Below are positions 27,921-38,340 of a stretch of DNA of 64,000 nucleotides, piece after piece. The stretch's first letter is position 1; each line of letters begins with the position of its first letter. The position numbers were made by a program, and so were the translations under genes. Source of the stretch: Ignavibacteriales bacterium (GTDB lineage Bacteria; Bacteroidota; Ignavibacteria; UBA10030; SZUA-254); NCBI GenBank assembly GCA_016214905.1, contig JACRMQ010000007.1, positions 396,408-460,407 of the forward strand. The letters are read 5' to 3'. The notes under the pieces are model-generated. The model was not told where the DNA came from, ran no database searches, and saw nothing but the letters and a program-made list of their open reading frames with translations.

Positions 27921-29729
27921 ATGAAAAGATTATCGATTTTCGGATTATGTATTCTCCTTTTCGGAGTGTATCCTTTACTTTACGGGCAGGCGCCTACGCA
28001 TACGTTTGCGATCAGTGAGAAGGATTTTCTGCTCGACGGAAAACCATTCCAGATAATCAGCGGAGAAATGCATCCTGCGCGCATTCCCAAAGAATATTGG
28101 CGGCACCGCGTTCAAATGGCAAAAGCTATGGGATGCAATACCATTGCGGCATATATTTTTTGGAATTACCATGAGTCAGAACCGGGAGTGTTTGATTTCA
28201 AAACAGATAATCGTGACATAGCTGAGTTTATTAAAATTGTTCAACAGGAAAATATGTGGATTCTGTTTCGTCCCGGTCCATATGTTTGCGCCGAGTGGGA
28301 GTTCGGAGGATTGCCACCTTATCTGTTACGAATCAACGACATAAAAGTGCGTTGCATGGATCAACGATATATGTCCGCTGTCGAAAGATATCTCTCAAAA
28401 CTTGCATCGTTAATATATCCGCATCAAGTAACACAAGGCGGTCCGATATTAATGGTGCAAATAGAAAATGAATATGGTAGCTATGGAAACGATAAATATT
28501 ATCTTGAAGAACTTAGAACAATTTGGAGAAAGAATAAAATCGATGTACCATTCTACACCGCTGATGGTCCTACACCATATATGCTTGAGGCGGGAAATAT
28601 CGATGGTGCGATAATAGGATTGGATTCGGGCTCGGATGAAAAGGCATTCGAAGAAGCAGCAAAACGAAATCCGAAAATACCGGCATTCAGCAGTGAAACT
28701 TATACCGGATGGCTCACTCATTGGGGAGAAAGCTGGGCTAAACCGGATACCGCCGATTTAATGCAGGAAGTAAAATTTTTACTCGATACAAAACGCTCGT
28801 TTAATTTTTATGTAATTCATGGAGGGACTAATTTCGGTTTTACCGCCGGCGCAAATTCGGGCGGTAAAGGATACGAACCTGATTTAACAAGTTACGATTA
28901 CGACGCACCGATAAACGAGCAGGGTCAACCGACTCATAAATATTTTGCGCTGAGGAATTTGATATCACAGTATGTCGGAAAACTGCCGGAAATTCCGGAA
29001 CCTATTCAGGCAATTGAAATTCCCGAAATCAAACTTTCAATACTAACCTCTGTATGGAATAACTTGCCGGAACCGGTTACATCAATTCAACCCAAACCGT
29101 TTGAGAGTTATAATCAGGACTACGGATTCATTCTCTATCAAACAAAACTGATCGGACACAAAAGCGGAAAGCTGACGATTACCGATCTTCATGATTACGC
29201 AACAGTTTTTCTGAATGGTCAATACATCGGAAAGTTGTATAGAGGAGATGGTGAGAAAACTATAGAATTGCCTAAAAGTGAATTCAAGGATCCTATACTT
29301 GAAATTTTTGTAGAAGGAATGGGTAGAATTAATTTTGCTCAACATCTAATCGATCGAAAGGGAATTACTGAAAGGGTCACACTCAACGGAATGACATTAA
29401 TGAACTGGGAGGTTTATAATCTCCCGTTTTCCCAAAGCTATATACAAAACCTTGTACCTTCTGGTATCGATACCGTGCGCAGGGGAGTTTTTTTTAGAGG
29501 AACATTCAGCTTGAATAACGTAGCGGATACATATATCGACTTAGCGAGTTATAAAAAAGGAATTGTCTGGATCAATGGACACAATCTCGGACGATATTGG
29601 GAAATCGGTCCCCAAAAACGTTTATATTGTCCCGCGCCATGGTTGATAACCGGGAAGAATGAGATAACAATCTTTGATCTTCTCCAAAACGAAGCAAAAT
29701 CTGTAAAGGGGATGAAGACTCTTGAATAG
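27921..29729 (+). CDS. GH35 beta-galactosidase, secreted
   Basis: GH35 motifs FWNYHESEPGVFDF, GPYVCAEWEFGGLP and QIENEYGSYG. The real start is the ATG at 27921 (MKRLSIFGL signal peptide). The tool's ORF start at 27828 overlaps the previous gene. Confidence 0.8.
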   Translation: MKRLSIFGLCILLFGVYPLLYGQAPTHTFAISEKDFLLDGKPFQIISGEMHPARIPKEYWRHRVQMAKAMGCNTIAAYIFWNYHESEPGVFDFKTDNRDIAEFIKIVQQENMWILFRPGPYVCAEWEFGGLPPYLLRINDIKVRCMDQRYMSAVERYLSKLASLIYPHQVTQGGPILMVQIENEYGSYGNDKYYLEELRTIWRKNKIDVPFYTADGPTPYMLEAGNIDGAIIGLDSGSDEKAFEEAAKRNPKIPAFSSETYTGWLTHWGESWAKPDTADLMQEVKFLLDTKRSFNFYVIHGGTNFGFTAGANSGGKGYEPDLTSYDYDAPINEQGQPTHKYFALRNLISQYVGKLPEIPEPIQAIEIPEIKLSILTSVWNNLPEPVTSIQPKPFESYNQDYGFILYQTKLIGHKSGKLTITDLHDYATVFLNGQYIGKLYRGDGEKTIELPKSEFKDPILEIFVEGMGRINFAQHLIDRKGITERVTLNGMTLMNWEVYNLPFSQSYIQNLVPSGIDTVRRGVFFRGTFSLNNVADTYIDLASYKKGIVWINGHNLGRYWEIGPQKRLYCPAPWLITGKNEITIFDLLQNEAKSVKGMKTLE

Positions 29730-29807
29730 AAATTAATATTGTAGTTTTTAACTGTTAATAGCGTTTTCCTGAATGATAAACTAAGACCGAATGGAGAATA
29801 ATACAAA

Positions 29808-31865
29808 ATGAAATTATCCTGCAAAATTTTCCTAATCACGTTTTTCTTCACAAATATTTACACGATTACGTACACACAATCTATTCAACCAGAAACAAAA
29901 TCCGAATATAATGCACGCATGGCATGGTGGAAAGAAGCGCGCTTCGGACTGTTCATTCATTGGGGACTCTATTCCGTTCCGGCAGGTGAGTGGAAAGGCA
30001 AGACGGAATATGGTGAGTGGATCCGAACATCGGCCCAAATCCCACTCGAAGAATATGATAAGTTTGTTGGACAATTCAATCCGGTCAAATTCAACGCCGA
30101 TGAGTGGGTTCGCTTGGCAAAAGATGCTGGCATGAAATATATTACCATCACAACAAAGCACCATGATGGTTTTTGTCTGTTCGATTCGAAATACACCGAC
30201 TTCGATATCATGTCGACTCCATTTAAACGAGACATAATGAAAGAATTGTCGGATGCTTGCCGCAAAGAAGGAATAAAAGTTTGCTGGTATCATTCGATTA
30301 TGGACTGGCATCATCCCGATTATCTACCTCGAAGAGATTGGGAAAAAATCCGCTCGACTGAAGGCGCAGACTATGATCGTTATGTCCGGTATGTGAAAAA
30401 TCAATTGCAGGAACTCACAACTAACTATGGAAATATTGGCGTGCTTTGGTTCGATGGTGAGTGGGAGGGCACATGGACCCGCGAACGGGGCAGAGATCTC
30501 TATAATTATGTCCGAGAATTACAGCCGAATATAATCATTAACAATCGTGTAGGTGCGGGACGATCAGGAATGGAAGGATTTTCCGAAGGTGAAGAATCCG
30601 CGGGTGATTTTGGAACTCCTGAACAGCAAATTCCTCCAACAGGTTTGCCGGATGTAAATTGGGAAACGTGCATGACGATGAACGATCACTGGGGATATAA
30701 CAGTCATGATGAGAACTGGAAATCGGTAAAAGATTTAGTGCAAAAAATAGCCGACATTGCTTCGAAAGGCGGTAACTTTTTATTGAATGTTGGTCCAACC
30801 TCCGAAGGTCTTTTCCCGCAGGCAAGCACAGACAGGCTGAAGGAAATTGGCAGATGGATGAAAATCAATGGCGAAGCAATTTATGGAACCGAGGCAAGTC
30901 CTTTTAAAAATCTGACCGGTGCTCGATGTACACAGAAATCGATTGACAGAGGCACTCGATTATATATGCACATCCTCGATTATCCGGTAGACGGAAAATT
31001 TATTGTGCACGGCATATTCAATAAACCGATGCAAGCTTTTCTTCTTTCAGATCCGCAAAGAAAATTGTTGACTGTCAATAGAGCGGAAGATGCGCTGGTA
31101 ATAACAGTTCCAACAATTCCTCCCGATACAATTAATACAGTTGTTGTGCTGGATGTGGAAGGGAGAACAGATGTAAACGATCCGCCGAATATCGATACTG
31201 AGTTCACAATATTTGTTGATCAACATGAAGTTGCCGTTAAATCGAATCGTGAGAATGATGAAACACATTATACAACAGATGGAACAATTCCTACTGTGTA
31301 TTCACCGACTGTCAGAGAGAACGTTAAGATAAAAGAAACGACAACGATCTCGGCACAATGTTTTCGTGATGGAAAAGTAGTAAGTGGAACTTCAAAAGCC
31401 ACTTTTGTTAAGGTTCAACCAAGGAGTTCTGAAACTTTAGAAAAACCTACAAATGGAATAAATTTCGCTTATTTTGAAGGTGATTGGGACAGTTTGCCAA
31501 ACTTCAGAAACCTTGAGCCTTTATGTAGTGGGACATTGTCAAATTATAATTTCACACCGCGGAAAGAAGTCGAATATTTCGGATTCGAATATAATGGTTA
31601 CATCAAAATTCCAACAGACGGAGTTTATATTTTTTATACTTCTTCAGATGATGGCAGTCGATTATATATTGGCAGTGAACTTGTTGTTGATAACGACGGA
31701 TTGCACGGCATGTCAGAAAAAAGCGGAGTTGTTGCATTGGCAAAAGGTTTTCATCCGATACGGGTAACATTTTTCGAAAAGACCGGAAGCGATGACTTGA
31801 AGGTCTCATATAAAGGACCGGGACTTAATAAACAAGTTATTCCTGATTCAGTATTATTCAAATAA
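29808..31865 (+). CDS. GH29 alpha-L-fucosidase with C-terminal PA14-like lectin domain
   Basis: 685 aa. GH29 motifs GLFIHWGLYSVPA, TKHHDGFCLFDS and VLWFDGEWEG. C-terminal PA14-like block (GYIKIPTDGVYIFYTSSDDGSRLYIGSELVVDNDG). Confidence 0.8.
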   Translation: MKLSCKIFLITFFFTNIYTITYTQSIQPETKSEYNARMAWWKEARFGLFIHWGLYSVPAGEWKGKTEYGEWIRTSAQIPLEEYDKFVGQFNPVKFNADEWVRLAKDAGMKYITITTKHHDGFCLFDSKYTDFDIMSTPFKRDIMKELSDACRKEGIKVCWYHSIMDWHHPDYLPRRDWEKIRSTEGADYDRYVRYVKNQLQELTTNYGNIGVLWFDGEWEGTWTRERGRDLYNYVRELQPNIIINNRVGAGRSGMEGFSEGEESAGDFGTPEQQIPPTGLPDVNWETCMTMNDHWGYNSHDENWKSVKDLVQKIADIASKGGNFLLNVGPTSEGLFPQASTDRLKEIGRWMKINGEAIYGTEASPFKNLTGARCTQKSIDRGTRLYMHILDYPVDGKFIVHGIFNKPMQAFLLSDPQRKLLTVNRAEDALVITVPTIPPDTINTVVVLDVEGRTDVNDPPNIDTEFTIFVDQHEVAVKSNRENDETHYTTDGTIPTVYSPTVRENVKIKETTTISAQCFRDGKVVSGTSKATFVKVQPRSSETLEKPTNGINFAYFEGDWDSLPNFRNLEPLCSGTLSNYNFTPRKEVEYFGFEYNGYIKIPTDGVYIFYTSSDDGSRLYIGSELVVDNDGLHGMSEKSGVVALAKGFHPIRVTFFEKTGSDDLKVSYKGPGLNKQVIPDSVLFK

Positions 31866-31910
31866 CTTTTACATCATAGTAGTCATATTTTCATTATTGG
31901 TAACAATCAT

Positions 31911-33365
31911 ATGAATTATTTCAAGATTTTAATAATTTCGAGTCTTCTTGTTTTCTGTGCCGGTATACTTTTATCTCAGGAAGATGAAGCTCATTATGTT
32001 CCGGTGAAGGACAAAGAAGTGCAAAAAAAACTTGCGCAATGGCAAGATGCAAAATTTGGTTTGCTGATGCATTGGGGGACTTACAGTCAATGGGGGATTG
32101 TTGAGTCATGGTCGCTTTGCGGCGAGGATGAAGGTTGGTGTCAGCGAACGGGTCCTTATGCGGATGATTATGAAAAATATAAGCAAGCTTACCGCGATTT
32201 GAAAAAGACATTCAACCCGATAAAATTCAATCCTGAAAAATGGGCTATTGCCGCAAAGGATGCCGGAATGAAATATGTTGTTTTTACAACGAAGCATCAC
32301 GACGGTTTCTGTATGTTCGATACAAAAACAACCGATTACAAAATCACATCGGGTGAATGTCAATTCAGTTCAAATCCTAAATCGAATATCACAAAAGAAA
32401 TTTTTAAAGAGTTCAGAAAAAATGAAATGATGACCGGAACATATTTCTCCAAACCGGATTGGAGCTCCGATTATTACTGGTGGTCATACTTTCCTACACC
32501 CGATAGACATATAAATTATAATCCGTCAAAACATCCTGAACGATGGAAGCAATTTCAGGATTTCACACATAATCAAATTGAAGAATTGATGACGGGATAC
32601 GGGCCGGTTGATATTCTCTGGCTCGATGGTGCGTGGGTGCGCCCGCTCGAGAATATGCCGAAAGAATTTGAATCGTGGGCAAAAAAAGATATGTTCAATC
32701 AGGATGTGAATATTCCGCGCATTGCCGTAATGGCGCGAACTCATCAACCGGGATTGATTATCGTTGACCGATGGGTGAACGGAGAATATGAAAATTATCT
32801 GACTCCCGAGAATAAAGTTCCTGAAAAGGCGATGACTGTTCCATGGGAAGCATGTATCCCGATAGCAACGAGCTGGTCGTACAAACAGAACGATAGCTAC
32901 AAGTCTGAAAGGGAATTAGTTCATTTGCTGGTTGATATTGTTGCAAAAGGAGGAAATCTGCTGCTCAACATTGCGCCATCTCCGGATGGTGAATGGGATT
33001 CCGTTGCATACGAAAGACTTAAAGGTATTGGAGAATGGATGAAACTAAATAACGAAGCAATCTATTCCACTAAACCGGTTTACCCATACAAGACAGAAAA
33101 TGTTTGCTTTACTTCCGGCAAAGACGATTTAATCTATGCAATCTATCTAGGTGATGACAAGACACAAGAAATACCACAGATGGTTACTTTGCCGAGCAAT
33201 AAAATCACAAAAGGTAAACAAATATATTTGCTGGGATATGAATCCAAGTTGAAAATTAAAAAACATCTCGTTGGATCGAAAGAAAAAATTTTGGTTGAGA
33301 TCCCCGACAAATTCAGAAAATCGTTACCTTATAAACATACATTAACTTTTAAGTTGATTCAATGA
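31911..33365 (+). CDS. GH29 alpha-L-fucosidase
   Basis: 484 aa. Motifs GLLMHWGTYSQWG, TKHHDGFCMFDT and ILWLDGAW. Confidence 0.8.
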   Translation: MNYFKILIISSLLVFCAGILLSQEDEAHYVPVKDKEVQKKLAQWQDAKFGLLMHWGTYSQWGIVESWSLCGEDEGWCQRTGPYADDYEKYKQAYRDLKKTFNPIKFNPEKWAIAAKDAGMKYVVFTTKHHDGFCMFDTKTTDYKITSGECQFSSNPKSNITKEIFKEFRKNEMMTGTYFSKPDWSSDYYWWSYFPTPDRHINYNPSKHPERWKQFQDFTHNQIEELMTGYGPVDILWLDGAWVRPLENMPKEFESWAKKDMFNQDVNIPRIAVMARTHQPGLIIVDRWVNGEYENYLTPENKVPEKAMTVPWEACIPIATSWSYKQNDSYKSERELVHLLVDIVAKGGNLLLNIAPSPDGEWDSVAYERLKGIGEWMKLNNEAIYSTKPVYPYKTENVCFTSGKDDLIYAIYLGDDKTQEIPQMVTLPSNKITKGKQIYLLGYESKLKIKKHLVGSKEKILVEIPDKFRKSLPYKHTLTFKLIQ

Positions 33366-33375
33366 TATTCGACAT

Positions 33376-35736
33376 ATGAAAAAAGTCCTCAAGCAATTTT
33401 TGATAATATTAATAGGTGTTTTTATTTTTTCCTCCGGAATTGTATTTTCCGAACCTGATAACAAAAAACTCTCAATTATTCCCACACCCTCACAGGTTAA
33501 TTTTCACAAAGGATATTTTTTATTAAACCCTCAAACAAAAATCATTTATTCTGGAAATAACTCGGAATCAAAATTTACTGTTGAATATATTGCAAAAATT
33601 ATTCGAGGTTCTACCGAATTTAAATTACCGGTTAAAGACGTCGTTAAAATGCCATCAAAGAATTATATTTTTTTCAATTACATTCACGATGAAAATCTTG
33701 GCAAGGAAGGTTATAAACTGGATGTTGATAAAGATAAAATAAGTGTTGGTGCAAATTCCAGCGCCGGTTTTTTCTATGCGGTTCAAACGATATTACAATT
33801 ACTACCTTCGGAAATTTATGGTCGGAAAAAAGTTAAACATGTTCAATGGAAAATTCCGTGTATCTCTATTGTGGACAAACCCCGCTTTCAATGGCGAGGG
33901 ATGCATTTGGATGTCAGCAGACACTTTTTCCCCGCTGAATTTATCAAAACATATATTGATATGCTTGCGCTGCACAAGATGAATGTTTTTCATTGGCATC
34001 TTACCGACGATCAGGGATGGAGAGTTGAAATAAAGAAATATCCTAAACTTATATCTATCGGTGCATGGCGTGTAGATCGCGAAGATCGGTTATGGAACGA
34101 CCGTGAACCACAGCATGAAGGGGAAAAAGCAACTTACGGTGGTTTTTATACTCAGGATGAGATCAAGGAGATAGTAAAATATGCTGCTGAACGGCAAATC
34201 ACGATTGTTCCTGAAATAGAGTTGCCGGCACACTCCGGTGCAGTGCTTGCGGCATATCCGGAATATTCTTGCACGGGAGGACCGTTCACCGTTCCTCCCG
34301 GTAGTGTCTGGCCCATCACTACTCTTTATTGTGCGGGCAACGATAGTACATTTGAATTTATTGAATCAATTTTAGATGAAGTAATAAATTTATTCCCTGG
34401 AACATTTATCCATATCGGTGGTGATGAAGCTGATAAAACTGAATGGAGCAAATGTCAGAAATGTCAGGCACGGATCAAAGCTGAACGATTGAAAGGTGAA
34501 AACGAGCTTCAGAGTTATTTTATAAAGCGTATTGAAAAATTTATTGTTTCAAAAAACCGACGGATAATCGGTTGGGATGAAATTCTGGAAGGTGGCATCG
34601 CACCGGAAGCAACAGTCATGTCGTGGCGCGGTATGGATGGAGGAATCGCCGCCGCAAGAATGAACCATGATGTTGTTATGACTCCCGGCTCGCATTGCTA
34701 TTTCGATTACTATCAAGGTAAACCCGATTTTGAGCCGTTGGCAATCGGCGGTTATACTCCGTTAAAGAAGGTTTATGAATTTGAACCGATACCGGATAGT
34801 TTAACTTTTGAACAATCTAAACATATATTAGGCGCACAGGCAAATGTTTGGACTGAATTTATTGCGACACCGGAACATTTTCAGTATATGACTTTACCTC
34901 GAATGGCGGCAATGGCTGAAGTGTTGTGGTCGCCAAAACAAATGCGGGACTGGAATGAATTTATTCCAAGGATTGAAGTGCAAATTGAGCGTTATAATAA
35001 ATTAAATTATAACCATGCAAAAAGCGCTTATCTTATTTCAATATCTGCATCGCTGGATTCTGTAAAAAAAGAATTCGGTTTTGAATTATCGAACGAAATG
35101 CAATCGAAAGAAATGCGCTATACTCTCGACGGAAAAGAACCGACTATTCATTCCACTAAATATGTGAAGCCATTCAATGTAAATAAATCAACAGTTGTAA
35201 AAGCAGTTGCGTTTCATAAGGGAAAGGCGATTGGCGTTGTTTCGGAACAAAAAGTTTATTTACACAAAGCACTTTTTAAACCGGTAACATTAAAATATCC
35301 TTACTATAAATATAACGGCGGTGGTGAATTAGGATTGACGAACGGAATTCGCGGCACAAAATCTTATAACGACGGCAATTGGCAGGGATTCGAACAAAAC
35401 GATTTAGAAGCGATAATTGATCTCGGTTATGTAAAACAAATTAATAGTATTTCAACCGGTTTTCTTCAAAATACGAATTCCTGGATATTTTTCCCTTCGC
35501 TTGTCGAATACAAAATTTCTGAAGACGGCGTTTCATATAGTGCGATAACACACTTCGATCAACCTGTTGCAACGGGTCATCGGGAAGTCGAGATAAAAGA
35601 ATTTTCTTTTGAATTGAAAGATGCAAAAGCACGTTTCATTAAAGTGATTGCTAAAAATATCGGTCAGTGCCCGGATTGGCACATTGGCAAAGGTGGCAAG
35701 GTGTGGTTATTCATTGATGAGATTGTCGTAGAATAA
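33376..35736 (+). CDS. GH20 beta-N-acetylhexosaminidase with C-terminal F5/8 type C (discoidin)-like domain
   Basis: 786 aa. GH20 motifs FHWHLTDDQGWRVE and HIGGDEA. C-terminal beta-sandwich region. Confidence 0.8.
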   Translation: MKKVLKQFLIILIGVFIFSSGIVFSEPDNKKLSIIPTPSQVNFHKGYFLLNPQTKIIYSGNNSESKFTVEYIAKIIRGSTEFKLPVKDVVKMPSKNYIFFNYIHDENLGKEGYKLDVDKDKISVGANSSAGFFYAVQTILQLLPSEIYGRKKVKHVQWKIPCISIVDKPRFQWRGMHLDVSRHFFPAEFIKTYIDMLALHKMNVFHWHLTDDQGWRVEIKKYPKLISIGAWRVDREDRLWNDREPQHEGEKATYGGFYTQDEIKEIVKYAAERQITIVPEIELPAHSGAVLAAYPEYSCTGGPFTVPPGSVWPITTLYCAGNDSTFEFIESILDEVINLFPGTFIHIGGDEADKTEWSKCQKCQARIKAERLKGENELQSYFIKRIEKFIVSKNRRIIGWDEILEGGIAPEATVMSWRGMDGGIAAARMNHDVVMTPGSHCYFDYYQGKPDFEPLAIGGYTPLKKVYEFEPIPDSLTFEQSKHILGAQANVWTEFIATPEHFQYMTLPRMAAMAEVLWSPKQMRDWNEFIPRIEVQIERYNKLNYNHAKSAYLISISASLDSVKKEFGFELSNEMQSKEMRYTLDGKEPTIHSTKYVKPFNVNKSTVVKAVAFHKGKAIGVVSEQKVYLHKALFKPVTLKYPYYKYNGGGELGLTNGIRGTKSYNDGNWQGFEQNDLEAIIDLGYVKQINSISTGFLQNTNSWIFFPSLVEYKISEDGVSYSAITHFDQPVATGHREVEIKEFSFELKDAKARFIKVIAKNIGQCPDWHIGKGGKVWLFIDEIVVE

Positions 35737-35802
35737 CTCCTCTGTTTGTATGTGTCTCATCGAAATTAAATTCAAACATAAAATTAATCATCTAAAAATA
35801 AC

Positions 35803-38334
35803 ATGACACACTCTAAAATATTTCGGAAAATTATTTTTATTTTCTTCTTCCTTATAAATTTTATTTTTGCACAGACTTCCGATACGTTAATACTCCGTCA
35901 AGGGATGGCGCTTCAACTATTAAGAGGATATGGAGAAACAATCATTGCTCCAAATCCTGTCGAAGCGAATTTGGCTTTAGGAAAATGGGAATCACCATCA
36001 AAAGGGGAAAGCGTAACTTTTGTTAATGGCGAAGAGCATCAATGGATAATGTTAAACGCCGATTCATCCGGCTGGTTTGAAGATTCGGTCTTAACTGGCT
36101 GCTATCTTTATTTTTCGGTCGAGATGAAAAAGAAAACCATTATGATTCTCGAAGCGATGGGAAATGAAATGGTGTACATCAACGGTGTACCCCGTTCCGG
36201 TAATCCGTATGGATTGAAAGACACATACGAATCATGGGAAACAAATTTCCAGTACTCACGCCTTCCGTTGCAGCTTGAGAAAGGAAAGAATGAATTTCTT
36301 TTCCGCTGTCAGCGAGGCCGCTTCAAAGCAAAACTTTATAACCCATCAAAAAATATAATGTTCAATACTCGCGATATAACAATACCCGATTTTATAGTCG
36401 GAGAGAAAATTGACACATGGGGTTCGGTGGTAATCGTGAATGCTTCAGATAAAACACTTAATAATCTTAAGATTAAAACAACCATTGAAAAAAAAGAAGG
36501 AAAGTCGATTCAGGTTCCAATTATTCAGCCGATGAGTGTTCGGAAAGTAGGATTTCCATTGATCTCGGAAGCGATTAATCAGAAAGGAGTTACCGATGTT
36601 TGTGTTACTTTGTTCGAAACACATTCTGGTAAAAACATTATTATTGATACTGTAAATATTCCGTTAAGGGTGCTGAATTTTTCGGATAATCATAAAGAAA
36701 CATTCATCAGTAAAATCGATGGCAGTGTACAATATTACGGGATTAATCCCGCGGTCGGATCGAACAAAGAAAAATTTACAGCACTTTTTCTTTCGCTTCA
36801 CGGAGCGGGGGTTGATGCGGTGAATCAATCAGGTTCCTATTATCCAAAAACATGGGGACATATCGTCGCACCTACAAATCGCAGACCATACGGATATAAT
36901 TGGGAGGAATGGGGAAGATTAGATGCAATGGAAACAATGGAAATTGTAAAACAACGTTATCGAATTGATGAAAATCGGATTTACCTCACCGGTCATTCGA
37001 TGGGCGGTCATGGAGTTTGGCATATCGGCTCACTCTTTCCGGATAAATTTGCAGCAATTGGACCAAGCGCCGGATGGATTAGTTTTTGGACATATCGTTT
37101 CCGGGGACAAAATGTTTTAGACACAACTGATATCAGGAAAATGATTCGTCGGGCAACAACACCTAGCGAGACATTTATGCATGTCGATAATTATAAACAG
37201 CTCGGTGCTTACATCTTACATGGCTCTGATGATGATAATGTTTATCCCGAACAAGCAAGGATGATGGTTGATGAACTCAACAAACATAACTATAAAGATT
37301 TTATTTATCACGAGCAAAAAGGTGTAGGTCATTGGTGGGATTTATCCGATGAACCAGGTGCGGATTGTGTAGATTGGGCACCGATGTTCGATTTTTTTGC
37401 ACGTCATGCGCGTCCGCAGAAAGAACGTATCAGAGAAATAAATTTTAAAACATCTAATCCGGGAGTGTCGTCAAAAAATAATTGGATCACGATAGATGCA
37501 CAGATTGAGCAACTGAAAATCAGTTCGGCAAATATTCGGTTCGATCCGGGAATGAATCGATTTGTCGGTACAACAGACAATATCGCACGACTCGCTTTTG
37601 ATCTCGATATGGTCAAAACGACAGACACTCTTATAATAGAGTTAGACAGTCAAAAAGTTGTTACTGCCGGAGTTAAATCTGATGACGGAAAAATGTGGAT
37701 AAGTAAAAAAGGTGGACAATGGATTATAGATGGAAAGCCGTCTTTGTTAGAAAAAGGGGCGCACCGTTACGGGGCTTTTAAGGAAGCATTCCGGAACCAG
37801 ATGATTTTTGTATATGGTACGGATGGCACACAAGAAGAAAATGAATGGGCTTTCAATAAAGCCCGCTATGATGCGGAGAAATTCTGGTACCAGGGTAATG
37901 GTTCGATTGATATTTATGCCGACAAAGATTTCGATCCGTCAAAATTTTCCGACAGAAATATAGTTCTCTACGGAAATAGAAATACAAACAAAGCTTGGGG
38001 CAAACTTTTATCCGATAGTCCCGTGCAAGTTGGAAAGGGTTTTGTAAAAATCGGTGAAAAGAAAATTTCAGAAAACGACCTGTGCTGTATTTTCATCAGA
38101 CCAAGGGCCGGAAGTAATATCGCGAGCGTTGCAGCTATTTCAGGAACAGGCATTATCGGCATGAAGTTGAGTAACAGGTTGCCATATATGAATCCGGGAA
38201 TAGGTCTTCCGGATTGCACAATTATGAATCAAGATATTCTTAGCCATGGTGAAGAGGGTGTAGTAATGGCAGGATTTTTCGGACTTGACTGGAGTTTAGA
38301 AAAAGGCGATTTTGTATGGAATAAAAAACGATGA
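35803..38334 (+). CDS. Large secreted alpha/beta-hydrolase-fold serine hydrolase (esterase / S9-like), substrate unknown
   Basis: 843 aa. The GxSxG nucleophile elbow LTGHSMGGHGVW sits in the middle of the protein, flanked by N- and C-terminal beta-rich regions. N-terminal signal peptide. Confidence 0.5.
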   Translation: MTHSKIFRKIIFIFFFLINFIFAQTSDTLILRQGMALQLLRGYGETIIAPNPVEANLALGKWESPSKGESVTFVNGEEHQWIMLNADSSGWFEDSVLTGCYLYFSVEMKKKTIMILEAMGNEMVYINGVPRSGNPYGLKDTYESWETNFQYSRLPLQLEKGKNEFLFRCQRGRFKAKLYNPSKNIMFNTRDITIPDFIVGEKIDTWGSVVIVNASDKTLNNLKIKTTIEKKEGKSIQVPIIQPMSVRKVGFPLISEAINQKGVTDVCVTLFETHSGKNIIIDTVNIPLRVLNFSDNHKETFISKIDGSVQYYGINPAVGSNKEKFTALFLSLHGAGVDAVNQSGSYYPKTWGHIVAPTNRRPYGYNWEEWGRLDAMETMEIVKQRYRIDENRIYLTGHSMGGHGVWHIGSLFPDKFAAIGPSAGWISFWTYRFRGQNVLDTTDIRKMIRRATTPSETFMHVDNYKQLGAYILHGSDDDNVYPEQARMMVDELNKHNYKDFIYHEQKGVGHWWDLSDEPGADCVDWAPMFDFFARHARPQKERIREINFKTSNPGVSSKNNWITIDAQIEQLKISSANIRFDPGMNRFVGTTDNIARLAFDLDMVKTTDTLIIELDSQKVVTAGVKSDDGKMWISKKGGQWIIDGKPSLLEKGAHRYGAFKEAFRNQMIFVYGTDGTQEENEWAFNKARYDAEKFWYQGNGSIDIYADKDFDPSKFSDRNIVLYGNRNTNKAWGKLLSDSPVQVGKGFVKIGEKKISENDLCCIFIRPRAGSNIASVAAISGTGIIGMKLSNRLPYMNPGIGLPDCTIMNQDILSHGEEGVVMAGFFGLDWSLEKGDFVWNKKR

Positions 38335-38340
38335 TAATCA